Source: Polyangiales bacterium
GTDB taxonomy: Bacteria > Myxococcota_A > Polyangia > Polyangiales > Ga0077539
Direction of reading: 5' to 3'
DNA: 64,000 bases
Assembly: GCA_044229975.1 (NCBI GenBank)
Contig: JBGARZ010000002.1
Location: 960,001-1,024,000 of the forward strand
Below the pieces are notes generated by a model. It worked only from the letters and a program-made list of their open reading frames with translations. It was not told the DNA's origin and did no database searches. Made by a program: the position numbers and the translations under genes. The number at the start of each line of letters is the position of its first letter. Position 1 is the first letter of the stretch. Of the stretch, positions 18,755 to 28,975 are shown piece by piece.

Positions 18755-21082
18755 TCAGTCGAGGGTTCCGTCGGAGCGCAGACGGACGGAGACGAGTCCC
18801 TCGCGATCGGTGCGACGCAGCGGAACCCCGAGGCGATGGAAGCGCTCGACCACCACCGGGTGCGGGTGGTTGAAGGGCGACGGGTGCCCGCTCGACACGA
18901 GGGCCACCCGCGGTTGCAACGTGCGAACGAAGGGCTCGGTGGAGGAGGTTCGGCTGCCGTGGTGGCCTACCTTCAAGAGCGTCACCGGCGACATCTGCGG
19001 CAGGAGCAGCGCCTCGCCGTCGGCTTCGAGGTCGCCCGTGAGCAGCGCGCTCGACCGACCGAAGTCCAGCCGCAGCACCAGCGACGCGTCGTTGGGCGGA
19101 ACCTCCGGGTCCACCGCCGGACACGGCGCCACGACCGTCACCGTCACGCCGCCCATCACTCTCGCGCCGCACAGTGCCTCCGCCTCGCGCCGAACCACAC
19201 CTCGCCGCGCCGCCGCCACCACCGCGTCGCCGTAGAACCCCCGCATCCCCAGCGCCCTCCCCTGCCCCGTCTCCCAGAACTCCTCCACCGCCACGCCCTC
19301 GAACACCGCCCGCAGCCCCCCGCCGTGGTCGGGATGCGGATGCGTCAACGCCACGACCGAAAGATGCGTGCGCCTCGTCGCGCGCAGCCACGGCAGCACC
19401 ACCGTCGCTCCCGGGTCGGCCTCGCCGTGGAGAGCGCCGCCCGCGTCGACCAGCATCGTCTTGCCGTCGGGCAGATCGATCACCAACGCGTCGCCCTGCC
19501 CCACGTCGAGCGCCGTCACGCGCAGCGCGCCGTGCGGTGAGTGCCGGTCGCGCAGCCGCAGCTCCATCGCCCCGATGGCCACTGCGGCGACGATCGCGAG
19601 CGCAGCCCGCGCGCGCCAGCCGACCACCCACGCGAGCACCGGCACCACGGTCGCCACGACGGCCTGGGCAGTCGTCGGCGTGGGCCAGGTGACCGCCGCC
19701 CAGGGGATGTGTTGTGCCCATGTCGCGATCGCGAAGAGGGCACCCAGCACCCGCTCGTCGAGCCACGCGAGCGGTGTGGCGGCGGTGGTCGAGACCATGG
19801 CGACTGCGGCGGTGGCGAGGGTGAGCGGGAGCGCGACGACCTCGGCCAGGGGCGCGGCCACGAGGTTGGCGAGCGTGGCGAGTCCGGGCGATCGACCGAA
19901 GCGCAGCGCGAGCAGGGGCATCACCGCGACGCCCACGCGCACCGTCGCCAGGACAGCCTCGCGCGCCATCACCCATGCGCGGCGCGCCCACGACAACGAG
20001 CGCGGTGAGACGCTCGGATCGTCGGAGCGCAACACCAGCGCGGCGGTCGCCACGGTGGAGAGCTGGAGGCCGAGGTCCTGGACGAGCGCGGGCTCGACGA
20101 GCGCCATCGTGAGCACCGTGACGGCGAGGACATCGACGGCCCGCGGGTGACGCCCGGTGAGCGAGAGCAACGACACCATCACCCCCGAGACGAGCGCGCG
20201 TAGCGACGCAGGCGACTCGCCCGTCATCATCACGAACAGCCCCGCCAGCGGCAGCGGAACCACCCGCGCCAGTCGCCAACCCACGCCTCGCGCGGTGAGC
20301 CAGCGCGAGCGCTTGGACAGCCACACCACCACGGCCCCGAGGCCGCGCAGCACCACGGCGACGTGCGCCCCGCTCACGGCCAGCAGGTGGGCCAGACCCG
20401 TCTCGCGAAAGGCCTCCACCGTCGCGTCGTCGAGGCCGCGCTCGTCGCCGAAGAGCAGGGCGCTCGCTCGCGCCGACCCGACCGATGGGAGCGACCGTCG
20501 CAGCGCATCGTCTACCGCGTGCCGCGCGCGGCGAGCGACGCGGCGCATCCCGTCGAGCAACCCTCCGTCGCGGCCGAGCACCACGCACTGCGCGGTCTCG
20601 ACGCGCCACGCGACGCCGCGACGGAGACCCTGCATCGCCGGGTCTTCGAGCGGAGGGTTGCGCCACGGAACCACCGGACGCGCGCTCACCAACGCCGTCA
20701 CCCGATCGCCCGGCGCGGCGTCGCAGCGGCCGAGGGGAGCTCTCAGGGCGACGGTTCCGAAGGCGTCGGTCGCGACGAGGCAGCGCACCACGTCGCCGTA
20801 GGCATCACAGCCGCGAAGCACCCGACCTTCGAGGCGCAGCGCCGTCGGGTGCGGCGGCGCCGACCACCACGGCTCCGTCGGACCGCGCAGCGCGCCCGCG
20901 CATAACGACGCGAGCAACAGCGATGCGAGGGCGATCGTCGGTCGCGACGTGAGCCAGAGCAGCGCGAGCGACAGCAGCACCCCCGACAGTGCCGTCGTCG
21001 GGGAGACCCGCAGCCCCGTCCCGAGAGCCCACCCCGCAACCATCGTCACCACCGCCAGGCGCATGGGGCGGCGCCTCACCAC
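18755..21082 (-). CDS. comEC: DNA internalization competence protein ComEC/Rec2
   Basis: TGLAHLLAVSGAHV competence motif, LQLS, LDVGQGDA, MBL THPHPDH, TGD, KVGHHGSRTS, HPHP. Confidence 0.93.
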   Translation of the reverse strand: MVRRRPMRLAVVTMVAGWALGTGLRVSPTTALSGVLLSLALLWLTSRPTIALASLLLASLCAGALRGPTEPWWSAPPHPTALRLEGRVLRGCDAYGDVVRCLVATDAFGTVALRAPLGRCDAAPGDRVTALVSARPVVPWRNPPLEDPAMQGLRRGVAWRVETAQCVVLGRDGGLLDGMRRVARRARHAVDDALRRSLPSVGSARASALLFGDERGLDDATVEAFRETGLAHLLAVSGAHVAVVLRGLGAVVVWLSKRSRWLTARGVGWRLARVVPLPLAGLFVMMTGESPASLRALVSGVMVSLLSLTGRHPRAVDVLAVTVLTMALVEPALVQDLGLQLSTVATAALVLRSDDPSVSPRSLSWARRAWVMAREAVLATVRVGVAVMPLLALRFGRSPGLATLANLVAAPLAEVVALPLTLATAAVAMVSTTAATPLAWLDERVLGALFAIATWAQHIPWAAVTWPTPTTAQAVVATVVPVLAWVVGWRARAALAIVAAVAIGAMELRLRDRHSPHGALRVTALDVGQGDALVIDLPDGKTMLVDAGGALHGEADPGATVVLPWLRATRRTHLSVVALTHPHPDHGGGLRAVFEGVAVEEFWETGQGRALGMRGFYGDAVVAAARRGVVRREAEALCGARVMGGVTVTVVAPCPAVDPEVPPNDASLVLRLDFGRSSALLTGDLEADGEALLLPQMSPVTLLKVGHHGSRTSSTEPFVRTLQPRVALVSSGHPSPFNHPHPVVVERFHRLGVPLRRTDREGLVSVRLRSDGTLD

Positions 21083-21189
21083 GGAGCGTGCCGTCCGCGA
21101 TCGCCTTGTTTTCCAGTGGACTCAGCGAGTAGAGCGGGCCGCCGCCATGGCGGCGGGTGGCGGCGGAGAGTTCGGGCTTGACCCTCCCG

Positions 21190-21243
21190 ACCCTGACGCG
21201 TACGTAAGGGTTCGAGCCCCAACCCTTACGCATGGGTGAGGTT
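21190..21243 (+). promoter_or_regulatory. Tandem palindromic operators, probable MerR-family binding sites
   Basis: ACCCTGACG-N4-CGTAAGGGT (21190-21211) and ACCCTTACG-N4-GGTGAGGTT (21222-21243), 32 bp apart; TTGACC at 21178-21183. Confidence 0.65.
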
Positions 21244-21263
21244 GCTCGCTCCCACGAGGTGTC

Positions 21264-21797
21264 ATGGCGATCCGGCTGCCCATCGCGATTCCCGAGCTGC
21301 TTGTTCCGCCGCCCAAGGGCGACGTGGGGCTGCTGCTGCGCGTGGGCGAGCTGGCGCAGAAGACCGAGAAGACCGTGCGGGCGCTGCACCTCTACGAAGA
21401 GCTCGGGCTGCTCCAGCCGAGCGAGCGCAGCAAAGGGGGCTTCCGGCTCTACAGCGACGACGCGGTGCTGCGCGTCCGCTGGATCTCGCGCTTGCAGGAC
21501 CTCGGGTTCTCGCTGCCCGACATCCGCGAGCTGGTGCTGGAGTGGGAGCGATCGGGCAACGCGACCGGTGCGATGTCGAAGGTGCGCGAGGTCTACCGAT
21601 CGAAGCTCCGCGACACCGAAGAGCAGATCAAGCATCTGAGCGCATTGAGAGATGAGCTCCGCAGCTCGGTGGCCTACCTGGAGACCTGCGACGAGTGCCA
21701 GCCCGAGAAGCCCATCACGGCGTGTCCGCGCTGCGACCTGCACGGGTACAGCGCGCCCGACCTCGTGGCGGGCCTTCACGGCTGCCGACAAGATTGA
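21264..21797 (+). CDS. MerR-family transcriptional regulator with C-terminal CxxC-x8-CxxC motif
   Basis: [44 protein letters not shown], coiled coil, tail [24 protein letters not shown]. Confidence 0.92.
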   Translation: MAIRLPIAIPELLVPPPKGDVGLLLRVGELAQKTEKTVRALHLYEELGLLQPSERSKGGFRLYSDDAVLRVRWISRLQDLGFSLPDIRELVLEWERSGNATGAMSKVREVYRSKLRDTEEQIKHLSALRDELRSSVAYLETCDECQPEKPITACPRCDLHGYSAPDLVAGLHGCRQD

Positions 21798-21817
21798 CGA
21801 CAAGGGAGAGCAAGACG

Positions 21818-23047
21818 ATGTCCCTCAAGTTTCCGATCTACATGGACTACCACGCGACCACGCCGATGGACCCGCGCGTGCTCGATACGATGATCCCGTA
21901 CTTCACCGAGCACTTCGGCAACGCCGCGTCGCGCTCGCACAAGTTCGGGTGGACCGCCGAAGAGGCCGTCAACTACGCCCGCGAGCAGGTCGCCACGCTC
22001 ATCGGCGCCGACAAGCCCGAGGAGATCGTGTTCACGTCCGGCGCGAGCGAGAGCGACAACCTGGCCATCAAGGGCGTCGCGGAGTTCTATCGGGACAAGG
22101 GCAACCACATCATCACCACGAAGATCGAGCACAAGGCCGTGCTCGACACCTGCAAGCGCCTGGAGAAGCAGGGCTACGAGGTGACCTACCTCGACGTGGG
22201 TGTTGAAGGTGTGGTCAGCGTCGACGACGTCCGCAACGCCATCACCGACAAGACCATCCTCGTCTCGGTGATGCTCGCCAACAACGAGGTCGGCACCGTC
22301 CAGCCCATCAAGGAGATCGGCAAGCTCTGCAAGGAGCGCGGGGTGATCTTCCACACCGACGCGGTGCAGGGCATCGGCAAGACCGAGTTCAATGTGAAGG
22401 ACATGGACGTCGACCTCGCGTCCATCACGGCGCACAAGCTCTACGGGCCGAAGGGCGTGGGTGCCCTCTACGTGCGGCGCTCCAAGCCGCGCGTGCGCCT
22501 CACGGCGCAGATCGACGGCGGCGGCCACGAGCGCGGCAACCGCTCTGGGACGCTTAACGTCCCGGGCATCGTCGGCTTCGGCAAGGCGTGCGAGATCCTC
22601 ACCAAGGAGTGGCGCCAGGAGGCCGCGAAGCTGAAGTCGCTGCGCGATCGGTTGAAGGACAAGATCTTCGCGGGCCTGGACGACGTGACCATCAACGGCG
22701 CGTGGGACGACGTGCGGCGGCTGCCCAACAACCTCAACATCTCCTTCGCGTACGTCGAAGGAGAGGGGCTGATGATGCACCTCAAGGACGTGGCGGTGTC
22801 GTCGGGCAGCGCGTGCACCAGCTCGTCGCTCGAGCCGTCGTACGTGCTGCGCGCGCTCGGCGTCGAGGAGGAGATGGCGCACACCAGCATTCGCTTCAGC
22901 GTCGGCCGCTTCACGACCGAGGAAGAGATCGACTTCGTGGCGAACCTGGTGTTGGACAAGGTCAAGAAGCTCCGCGACCTGTCGCCGCTCTACGAGATGG
23001 CCAAGGAGGGCGTGAACCTCAAGGACATCGCCTGGACGGCGCACTGA
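21818..23047 (+). CDS. iscS: Cysteine desulfurase IscS
   Basis: [26 protein letters not shown] (PLP Lys), SSGSACTS (catalytic Cys), LSPLYEM. Confidence 0.97.
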   Translation: MSLKFPIYMDYHATTPMDPRVLDTMIPYFTEHFGNAASRSHKFGWTAEEAVNYAREQVATLIGADKPEEIVFTSGASESDNLAIKGVAEFYRDKGNHIITTKIEHKAVLDTCKRLEKQGYEVTYLDVGVEGVVSVDDVRNAITDKTILVSVMLANNEVGTVQPIKEIGKLCKERGVIFHTDAVQGIGKTEFNVKDMDVDLASITAHKLYGPKGVGALYVRRSKPRVRLTAQIDGGGHERGNRSGTLNVPGIVGFGKACEILTKEWRQEAAKLKSLRDRLKDKIFAGLDDVTINGAWDDVRRLPNNLNISFAYVEGEGLMMHLKDVAVSSGSACTSSSLEPSYVLRALGVEEEMAHTSIRFSVGRFTTEEEIDFVANLVLDKVKKLRDLSPLYEMAKEGVNLKDIAWTAH

Positions 23048-23087
23048 GATTGTCGGCAGAGCTTTTCAACGGATAAGGGAGACGGTC

Positions 23088-23483
23088 ATGGCATACAGCG
23101 ACAAGGTCATCGAGCACGCAGAAAACCCGCGCAACGTGGGCACCCTCGACAAGGAAGACCCCAACGTGGGCACCGGCCTCGTGGGCGCGCCCGCCTGCGG
23201 CGACGTGATGCGGTTGCAGATCAAGGTGAGCGACGCGGGCGTCATCGAAGACGCGAAGTTCAAGACCTTCGGCTGCGGCTCGGCCATCGCGAGCTCGTCG
23301 CTGGCCACCGAGTGGCTCAAGGGCCGCACGCTCGACGAGGCGGGCGAGATCCGCAACACCGACATCGTGAAGGAGCTCAACCTCCCGCCGGTGAAGATCC
23401 ACTGCTCGGTGCTGGCGGAAGACGCCATCAAGAGCGCCATCGAAGACTTCCGCAAGAAGCAGGCGGCCAAGCGCGGCGCCTGA
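23088..23483 (+). CDS. iscU: Fe-S scaffold IscU
   Basis: MAYSDKV, APACGDVM, KTFGCGSA, LPPVKIHCS. Confidence 0.98.
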   Translation: MAYSDKVIEHAENPRNVGTLDKEDPNVGTGLVGAPACGDVMRLQIKVSDAGVIEDAKFKTFGCGSAIASSSLATEWLKGRTLDEAGEIRNTDIVKELNLPPVKIHCSVLAEDAIKSAIEDFRKKQAAKRGA

Positions 23484-23505
23484 GATCGTAGGAGAGGAGA
23501 GAGCG

Positions 23506-23844
23506 ATGTCGACAGAGCTGGCAGTGCAGGTGACGCCGAAGGCAGTGCTGAAGGCCAAGGAGGCCCTCGCCAAGCGGGGAACCCCCGAGGCGGCCCTGCG
23601 GCTGGGCGTGCGCGGCGGCGGGTGCTCGGGCTTCTCCTACGTGATCGAGTTCGCCGACAAGACCGGCAAGCGCGACCAGGTGTTCGAGTTCGATGGGCTG
23701 CGCGTGGTGGTCGACCCGAAGTCGCTGGTGTTCTTGAACGGCACCACCCTCGACTACGAGGTGAAGCTCATGCAGCACGGGTTCAAGTTCGTGAACCCCA
23801 ATGAAGAGACGGGCTGCGGCTGCGGCGAGAGCTTCGGCGTCTAG
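23506..23844 (+). CDS. iscA: A-type Fe-S carrier IscA
   Basis: GGGCSGFSY, NPN...CGCGESF; position in the isc operon. Confidence 0.93.
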   Translation: MSTELAVQVTPKAVLKAKEALAKRGTPEAALRLGVRGGGCSGFSYVIEFADKTGKRDQVFEFDGLRVVVDPKSLVFLNGTTLDYEVKLMQHGFKFVNPNEETGCGCGESFGV

Positions 23845-23868
23845 ACTCCTCCAACCCTCACCACTCCC

Positions 23869-24390
23869 ATGAACGACCCCTTCGAGCTCCTGGGCGTCGC
23901 GCGTCGCTTCTCCCTCGACCGCGCCGCGCTGGAGCAACGCCACCGCGACCTCTCCCGCACCCTCCACCCCGACCGCTACACCCAGGCGCCCGCGGGCGAG
24001 CGGCGCATGGCCCTCGAACGCGCCGTCGCCGTCAACGAAGCCTTCCGCGCGCTGCGCGACCCCCTCACCCGCGCCGATGCCCTGCTCACGGCGCACGGGG
24101 TCTCCATCGGCGACGCCGACCGCCCGTCGCAGTCGCTGCTCATGGAGATCATGGAGCTGCGCGAGTCCCTCGACGACGCCCGCCGCTCACCCGACAAGGT
24201 GACGGCGCTGCTCTCGCAGGTGCGCGCCCGATCGAAGTCCGAAGAGGCCACCCTCGCCGCCGTCTTCGATGCCGAGACCGCCCCCGCGGCCGACGCGCTC
24301 AACAGCGCCCGTGATGCGCTGGTGCGGCTCAAGTACTTCCGCCGCTTCGAGGACGAGGCCGACGCCGCGCTCGAAGCCCACGACACCTGA
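23869..24390 (+). CDS. hscB: Fe-S co-chaperone HscB
   Basis: J-domain HPD, NEAFRALRDPLTRA, LMEIMELRE, RLKYF. Confidence 0.93.
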   Translation: MNDPFELLGVARRFSLDRAALEQRHRDLSRTLHPDRYTQAPAGERRMALERAVAVNEAFRALRDPLTRADALLTAHGVSIGDADRPSQSLLMEIMELRESLDDARRSPDKVTALLSQVRARSKSEEATLAAVFDAETAPAADALNSARDALVRLKYFRRFEDEADAALEAHDT

Positions 24391-24400
24391 AAGCCACGCC

Positions 24401-26338
24401 ATGGCGCTCCTCCAGATCTTCGACCCCTCCGCGCGACCGACGCCCATCGGCATCGACCTCGGCACCACGCACTCGCTGGTCGCCTATGTCCTCGACGGTC
24501 GCCCCGACTGCATCCTCGATTGTGACCTCGAAGCGCTCACGCCCAGCGTCGTTCATTACATGCAGGGTGGCGGCGTGATGGTCGGAACCGACGCCAAGGA
24601 GAAGGCCGCCCTCCACCCGCGAGAGACCCTCGCCTCGGTGAAGCGCTTCATGGGCCGCGGCGCCGACGACGCCGAGACGCGACGCCTGGGCACCTACGAG
24701 TTCGCGCCGCCCGGTGAGGGCGAGTCCAACACCGTCCGCTTCAAGGTGCACAACCGCACCGTCACGCCCGTCGAGGTGTCGGCGGAGATCCTCCGCGTGC
24801 TGCGGAGCAACGCCGAAGACAAGCTGCGCACCATCGGCGGCGCGGTGATCACGGTGCCCGCGTACTTCGACGAGGCCCAGCGCCAGGCCACCAAGGACGC
24901 CGCGAAGCTCGCCAACATCGAGGTGCTGCGGCTGCTCAACGAGCCCACCGCCGCGGCGCTCGCGTACGGCCTCGACAAGGGTCGCACCACCGGCACCTTC
25001 GCCGTCTACGACCTCGGCGGCGGAACCTTCGACGTCACCATCCTCTCCCTCGACGACGGGGTCTTCCAGGTGCGCTCGACGGGCGGCGACGCGCAGCTCG
25101 GCGGCGACGACATGGACCGCCTCGTCGCCGACTGGGCCTTCCAGCAGATGGGCATGGACCCGGCGAAGGCTCCGCCGGGGCTCGTTCGCGTGGTGCTCGA
25201 CGCGGCCCGCACGGCCAAGCACGACCTCACCGACCGCCCGGAGACCTCGCTCGCAGTCGACGCCACCGAGGTGACGTTTCAGTGCCCGCTGCGGCGCACG
25301 GAGTTCGAGGACATCGTGCGGCCCGTCATCGAGCGCACCACGCCCGCCGTGAAGCGCGCCTTGCGCGACGCGGGCCTGAAGCCCGACGAGATCGACGGCG
25401 TCATCCTGGTGGGCGGGAGCACGCGCGTTCCGGCGGTGCGCGATCATGTGAAGGCGCTCTTCGGACAGGAACCGTTGTCCGATATCGACCCCGACAAGGT
25501 TGTCGCCTATGGAGCGGCCATCCAGGCGCACCTGCTGGCGGGCGAAGGCGCCAAGGACGACGCGCTCATCCTCGACGTGATTCCGCTCTCGCTCGGCATC
25601 GAGACCATGGGCGGGGTGGCCGAGAAGATCCTGCCGCGCAACACCACGATTCCGGCGGGTCGGGCGCAGCAGTTCACCACGTACGCCGACAACCAGACGG
25701 GCTTCGAGGTTCATGTGGTGCAGGGCGAGCGCGAGCTGGCCGCTGACAACCGCTCGCTGGCGAAGTTCACGCTGAAGGGGATTCCGCCGCTGCCTGCGGG
25801 CGCCGCGAAGCTGGAGGTGACCTTCCGCGTCGACGCCGACGGGATGCTCACCGTGACGGCGCGCGAGCTCAACACGGGCGTCGAGCAGCGCATCGAGGTG
25901 ACGCCGTCGTTCGGGCTGACGGGCGACGACGTCGAGCGGATGCTGATGGAGTCCTACGAGCACGCGGAGTCCGACCTCGCGGCGCGGCAGTTGCGCGAGC
26001 GCATCACCGACGCCGAGCGGGTGATGTCGGCGACGGAAGCGGCGCTCAAGGCCGATGGCGACCTGTTGGACGAAGACGAGCGGGCGGAGCTCGACGGGGC
26101 GCTCAAGGCGCTGCGGGCGGCCGTGGCGGCGCAGGACGGGAAGATGGTTCATCTGCGGACGGAGGGCCTCGACCGCGCGACGCAGCCGCTGGCCGAGCGG
26201 CGCATGGACCGGGCGGTGCAGCACGCGATGAAGGGCCGCGCCGTCGGTGACATCGAGGACACGGTGAAGGACCGGCCGGAGCACCCGCACCTCGCAGCGG
26301 CGTACGCGAAGGACGACGGTTCGAAGGAGAACGGCTGA
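24401..26338 (+). CDS. hscA: Fe-S chaperone HscA (Hsp70)
   Basis: MALLQI start, [28 protein letters not shown]; follows hscB. Confidence 0.95.
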   Translation: MALLQIFDPSARPTPIGIDLGTTHSLVAYVLDGRPDCILDCDLEALTPSVVHYMQGGGVMVGTDAKEKAALHPRETLASVKRFMGRGADDAETRRLGTYEFAPPGEGESNTVRFKVHNRTVTPVEVSAEILRVLRSNAEDKLRTIGGAVITVPAYFDEAQRQATKDAAKLANIEVLRLLNEPTAAALAYGLDKGRTTGTFAVYDLGGGTFDVTILSLDDGVFQVRSTGGDAQLGGDDMDRLVADWAFQQMGMDPAKAPPGLVRVVLDAARTAKHDLTDRPETSLAVDATEVTFQCPLRRTEFEDIVRPVIERTTPAVKRALRDAGLKPDEIDGVILVGGSTRVPAVRDHVKALFGQEPLSDIDPDKVVAYGAAIQAHLLAGEGAKDDALILDVIPLSLGIETMGGVAEKILPRNTTIPAGRAQQFTTYADNQTGFEVHVVQGERELAADNRSLAKFTLKGIPPLPAGAAKLEVTFRVDADGMLTVTARELNTGVEQRIEVTPSFGLTGDDVERMLMESYEHAESDLAARQLRERITDAERVMSATEAALKADGDLLDEDERAELDGALKALRAAVAAQDGKMVHLRTEGLDRATQPLAERRMDRAVQHAMKGRAVGDIEDTVKDRPEHPHLAAAYAKDDGSKENG

Positions 26339-26712
26339 TGGCGACGGTGCGCTTTCTCAACACGGATGACGGCGTGGTGGAGGTGGAGGTTCCGCTCGGG
26401 ACGAGCCTGCTCGAAGCCGCGCAGAAGGCCAACGCGCCCGAGGGTTCGGCCTGCGGCGGGGTGTGCGGCTGCTCGACCTGCCACGTGCACGTGAAGAAGG
26501 GCCTCAACCTCCTCTCCGAGGGCGAAGACGAAGAGAACGACATTCTCGACAAGGCCTTCGACGTGACGTCGATTTCGCGCCTGGGCTGTCAGGCGAGAAT
26601 CGAGCGCGAGGGTCTCGTGGAGTTGTTCATCACCAAGGAGTCCTATGACACCTGGTACAACGAACACCCCAAAGAGCGTCACGCCCGCGACGAGCGCCTG
26701 AAGGCGAAGTAG
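26338..26712 (+). CDS. fdx: ISC 2Fe-2S ferredoxin
   Basis: CGGVCGCSTCH...RLGCQ adrenodoxin-type motif; TGATG overlap with hscA. Confidence 0.93.
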   Translation: MATVRFLNTDDGVVEVEVPLGTSLLEAAQKANAPEGSACGGVCGCSTCHVHVKKGLNLLSEGEDEENDILDKAFDVTSISRLGCQARIEREGLVELFITKESYDTWYNEHPKERHARDERLKAK

Positions 26713-26725
26713 CGGTAACGCTCTC

Positions 26726-27943
26726 GTGCGCTGGGTCATCCTCGCGCTGTTCGCGCTCACCTACGCAGGCATCTCGGCGCGGCGCGTGGCGCTGCTGCCC
26801 ATCGGGCGCCCGTCGCTCGCGCTCGTGGGCGCGACGGCGCTGGTGATCGCCGGGCACTTCGCGGGCGACCACGGGCTCTCCCCCGACGCCGCGCTCCACG
26901 CGGTGGAGCCCAACACCATCGCGCTCCTCGTGGCGATGATGATGGTCTCGGGAGCGCTCGGTGAATCGGGCTTCTTCGACCGCGCGACGGACGCGCTCGC
27001 TCGGCGGACGCGCTCGCACACGACGCTGCTCTACGTGGTGACGGTGGGCGCGGGTCTGCTCTCGGCGGTGCTGGTCAACGACGCGGTGTGCGTTCTCGCG
27101 ACGCCGCTGGTGGTGCGTCTCGCGCGGCGGGTCGGGGCGTCGGTGCGGCCGCTGCTCTTCGCGGTGGCGATGGGCTCCAACGCGGGCAGCGCGCTCACCC
27201 TCGGTGGCAATCCGCAGAACATGCTCGTCGCGCGGCTCTCGGGGCTGAGCTACCGCGGGTACCTCGCCCACGCGGCGCTCCCGACGATGGCGGCGTTGGC
27301 GGTGACGGCGGCGCTCCTCCATTGGACCTTCCGCGGGCGCTTGTCCGATAGCGCGCCGGTGGCGGAGACCGAGGCGCCGGTGGTGTCGGATGACCGGCTG
27401 ATGCGCTGGACGCTGCTCGCCGTGGTGGTGGTGATCGTCGCCAACCTGGGCGGCGCGCCGCTGGCGTGGAGCGCGCTGGCGGGCGCATCGCTGGCGCTCA
27501 TGGCGGCGCGCGAGCGAACGGACCGGGTGCTCGCGCGGGTCGAGTGGAGCGTGCCGGTGTTCTTCGCGGGGCTCTTCGTGTCGGTGGCGGCGCTGCGACA
27601 GACGGGGCTCGTGGCGGCGCTGCTCGCCCGCATGGGGCCGGCCGTCGGGGAAGGCGCGCTGGCGCCGGTGATCGCGCTGGGCTCGCAGGTGGTGAGCAAT
27701 GTTCCGCTCATCCTGTTGCTGGAGCCATGGATCCGCGGCTTCGCCGACGCCGACCGGGCGTGGACGGTGACGGCGCTGGTGTCGACGCTGGCGGGCAACC
27801 TCACGCTGCTGGGCAGCGTGGCCAACGTGATCGTCTTCGAGCAGGCCAGGGAGCCGGTCGGGTTCGTCGAGTATCTGAAGGTGGGCGTACCGGTGACGGT
27901 GTTCTCGACGGGGCTCGCGCTGGGGCTGCTGCACTGGGTCTGA
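26726..27943 (+). CDS. ArsB/NhaD/SLC13-type anion permease
   Basis: LVNDAVC, SNAGSALTLGGNPQN, VSNVP, STLAGNLTLLGSVANVIV; about 11 TM segments. Confidence 0.85.
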   Translation: MRWVILALFALTYAGISARRVALLPIGRPSLALVGATALVIAGHFAGDHGLSPDAALHAVEPNTIALLVAMMMVSGALGESGFFDRATDALARRTRSHTTLLYVVTVGAGLLSAVLVNDAVCVLATPLVVRLARRVGASVRPLLFAVAMGSNAGSALTLGGNPQNMLVARLSGLSYRGYLAHAALPTMAALAVTAALLHWTFRGRLSDSAPVAETEAPVVSDDRLMRWTLLAVVVVIVANLGGAPLAWSALAGASLALMAARERTDRVLARVEWSVPVFFAGLFVSVAALRQTGLVAALLARMGPAVGEGALAPVIALGSQVVSNVPLILLLEPWIRGFADADRAWTVTALVSTLAGNLTLLGSVANVIVFEQAREPVGFVEYLKVGVPVTVFSTGLALGLLHWV

Positions 27944-28012
27944 TTGCAATCACCGGCGTCGAAGGGCGCGCTGACCTACCCGTCCCCTCGCCCGCGCTGG
28001 TAGCGTCCGCCG

Positions 28013-28867
28013 ATGCGCCACGCCGCCGCCTTCGTCAGCCTCTCGCTCCTGCTCTTCGCGGCACCTGCCGCCGCGCAGACCCCCGCCGCCGCGCCGGTGC
28101 TCCTGCGCTACCGCTACGCCGCGGGCGAGCACCATCGGTACCTCGTTCGGTCTACGTCGACGGCCCCGGCGCCCATCGGCCGCATGGTCACCAGCATGCA
28201 CGCCGACATGGAGACCCGCTCGGTCGCTCCCGATGGCTCGGCGGTGATCCGCTCGCGCTTCACGGGCGTCGAGCTCACGAGCGCGATGATCCCCGCGGCC
28301 GCGGCCCAGCAGATACGCCAGGGCATGGAAGGCATGAGCGTCGAGGTCACCCAGGACGCGCGCGGCGTGGTCACGGCGCACCAGCCCGCGACGGGTGTCT
28401 CTCCCCAGCTACGCCCGATCATGGACGGGCTCATGCAGTCGATGGAGCAGATGGGCCTGTGGTTGCCCGAAAACCCCGTGCGCGTCGGTGAGTCGTGGCG
28501 CCAGACCCGTACGCTGCACCTGCCGCTCGGCGCGCTCGGCGCGCTCGACCTCGACGTCAACGTCACCTACACGCTTCGCGCCCTGCGCGGACCCGCCACG
28601 GCGCGGCGGGCCGACATCGCGATGGTCACCGCCATCACCATGGCGCACCCGATGGTGATCCAGGGCGTCACCGTCGAGGGCTCGGGCAACGGCACCGGAA
28701 CCCTCACCTTCGACGTAAACGCCGGCGCCCTCCACGACACCCTCGCCCACGTCACGATGCTCATCCACACCTCGGCGGGCGGACAGTCGCAGGACATTCG
28801 AACGCAGTCCGACAGCGAGATGCGCCCCGAAGGAACCACCGCCCCCGCCGCGCGCCCGACTCCCTGA
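28013..28867 (+). CDS. Secreted hypothetical beta-rich protein (possibly DUF6263-like)
   Basis: Signal peptide AAA-Q; LRYRYAAGE, LPENPVRVGESW, GTLTFDVNAG. Confidence 0.65.
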   Translation: MRHAAAFVSLSLLLFAAPAAAQTPAAAPVLLRYRYAAGEHHRYLVRSTSTAPAPIGRMVTSMHADMETRSVAPDGSAVIRSRFTGVELTSAMIPAAAAQQIRQGMEGMSVEVTQDARGVVTAHQPATGVSPQLRPIMDGLMQSMEQMGLWLPENPVRVGESWRQTRTLHLPLGALGALDLDVNVTYTLRALRGPATARRADIAMVTAITMAHPMVIQGVTVEGSGNGTGTLTFDVNAGALHDTLAHVTMLIHTSAGGQSQDIRTQSDSEMRPEGTTAPAARPTP

Positions 28868-28975
28868 CGGCACCCGCCGCGAGCGACGGCACGGGCTCTG
28901 CTCTCGTCGGCAATGACTCCTGGGACGGCAGCCGTTCGTGCCACCGTGAGCCAACCACGCACTACGAGGACACCC

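Noticed and set aside
16008..21082. Functional link between WYL (ssDNA sensor) and ComEC (ssDNA import)
   Set aside because: Separated by two unrelated genes, and no GACA-N5-TGTC site was seen upstream of comEC; proximity alone is insufficient.
24401..26338. dnaK
   Set aside because: The MALLQI start, position after hscB and the IscU LPPVK partner motif indicate HscA.
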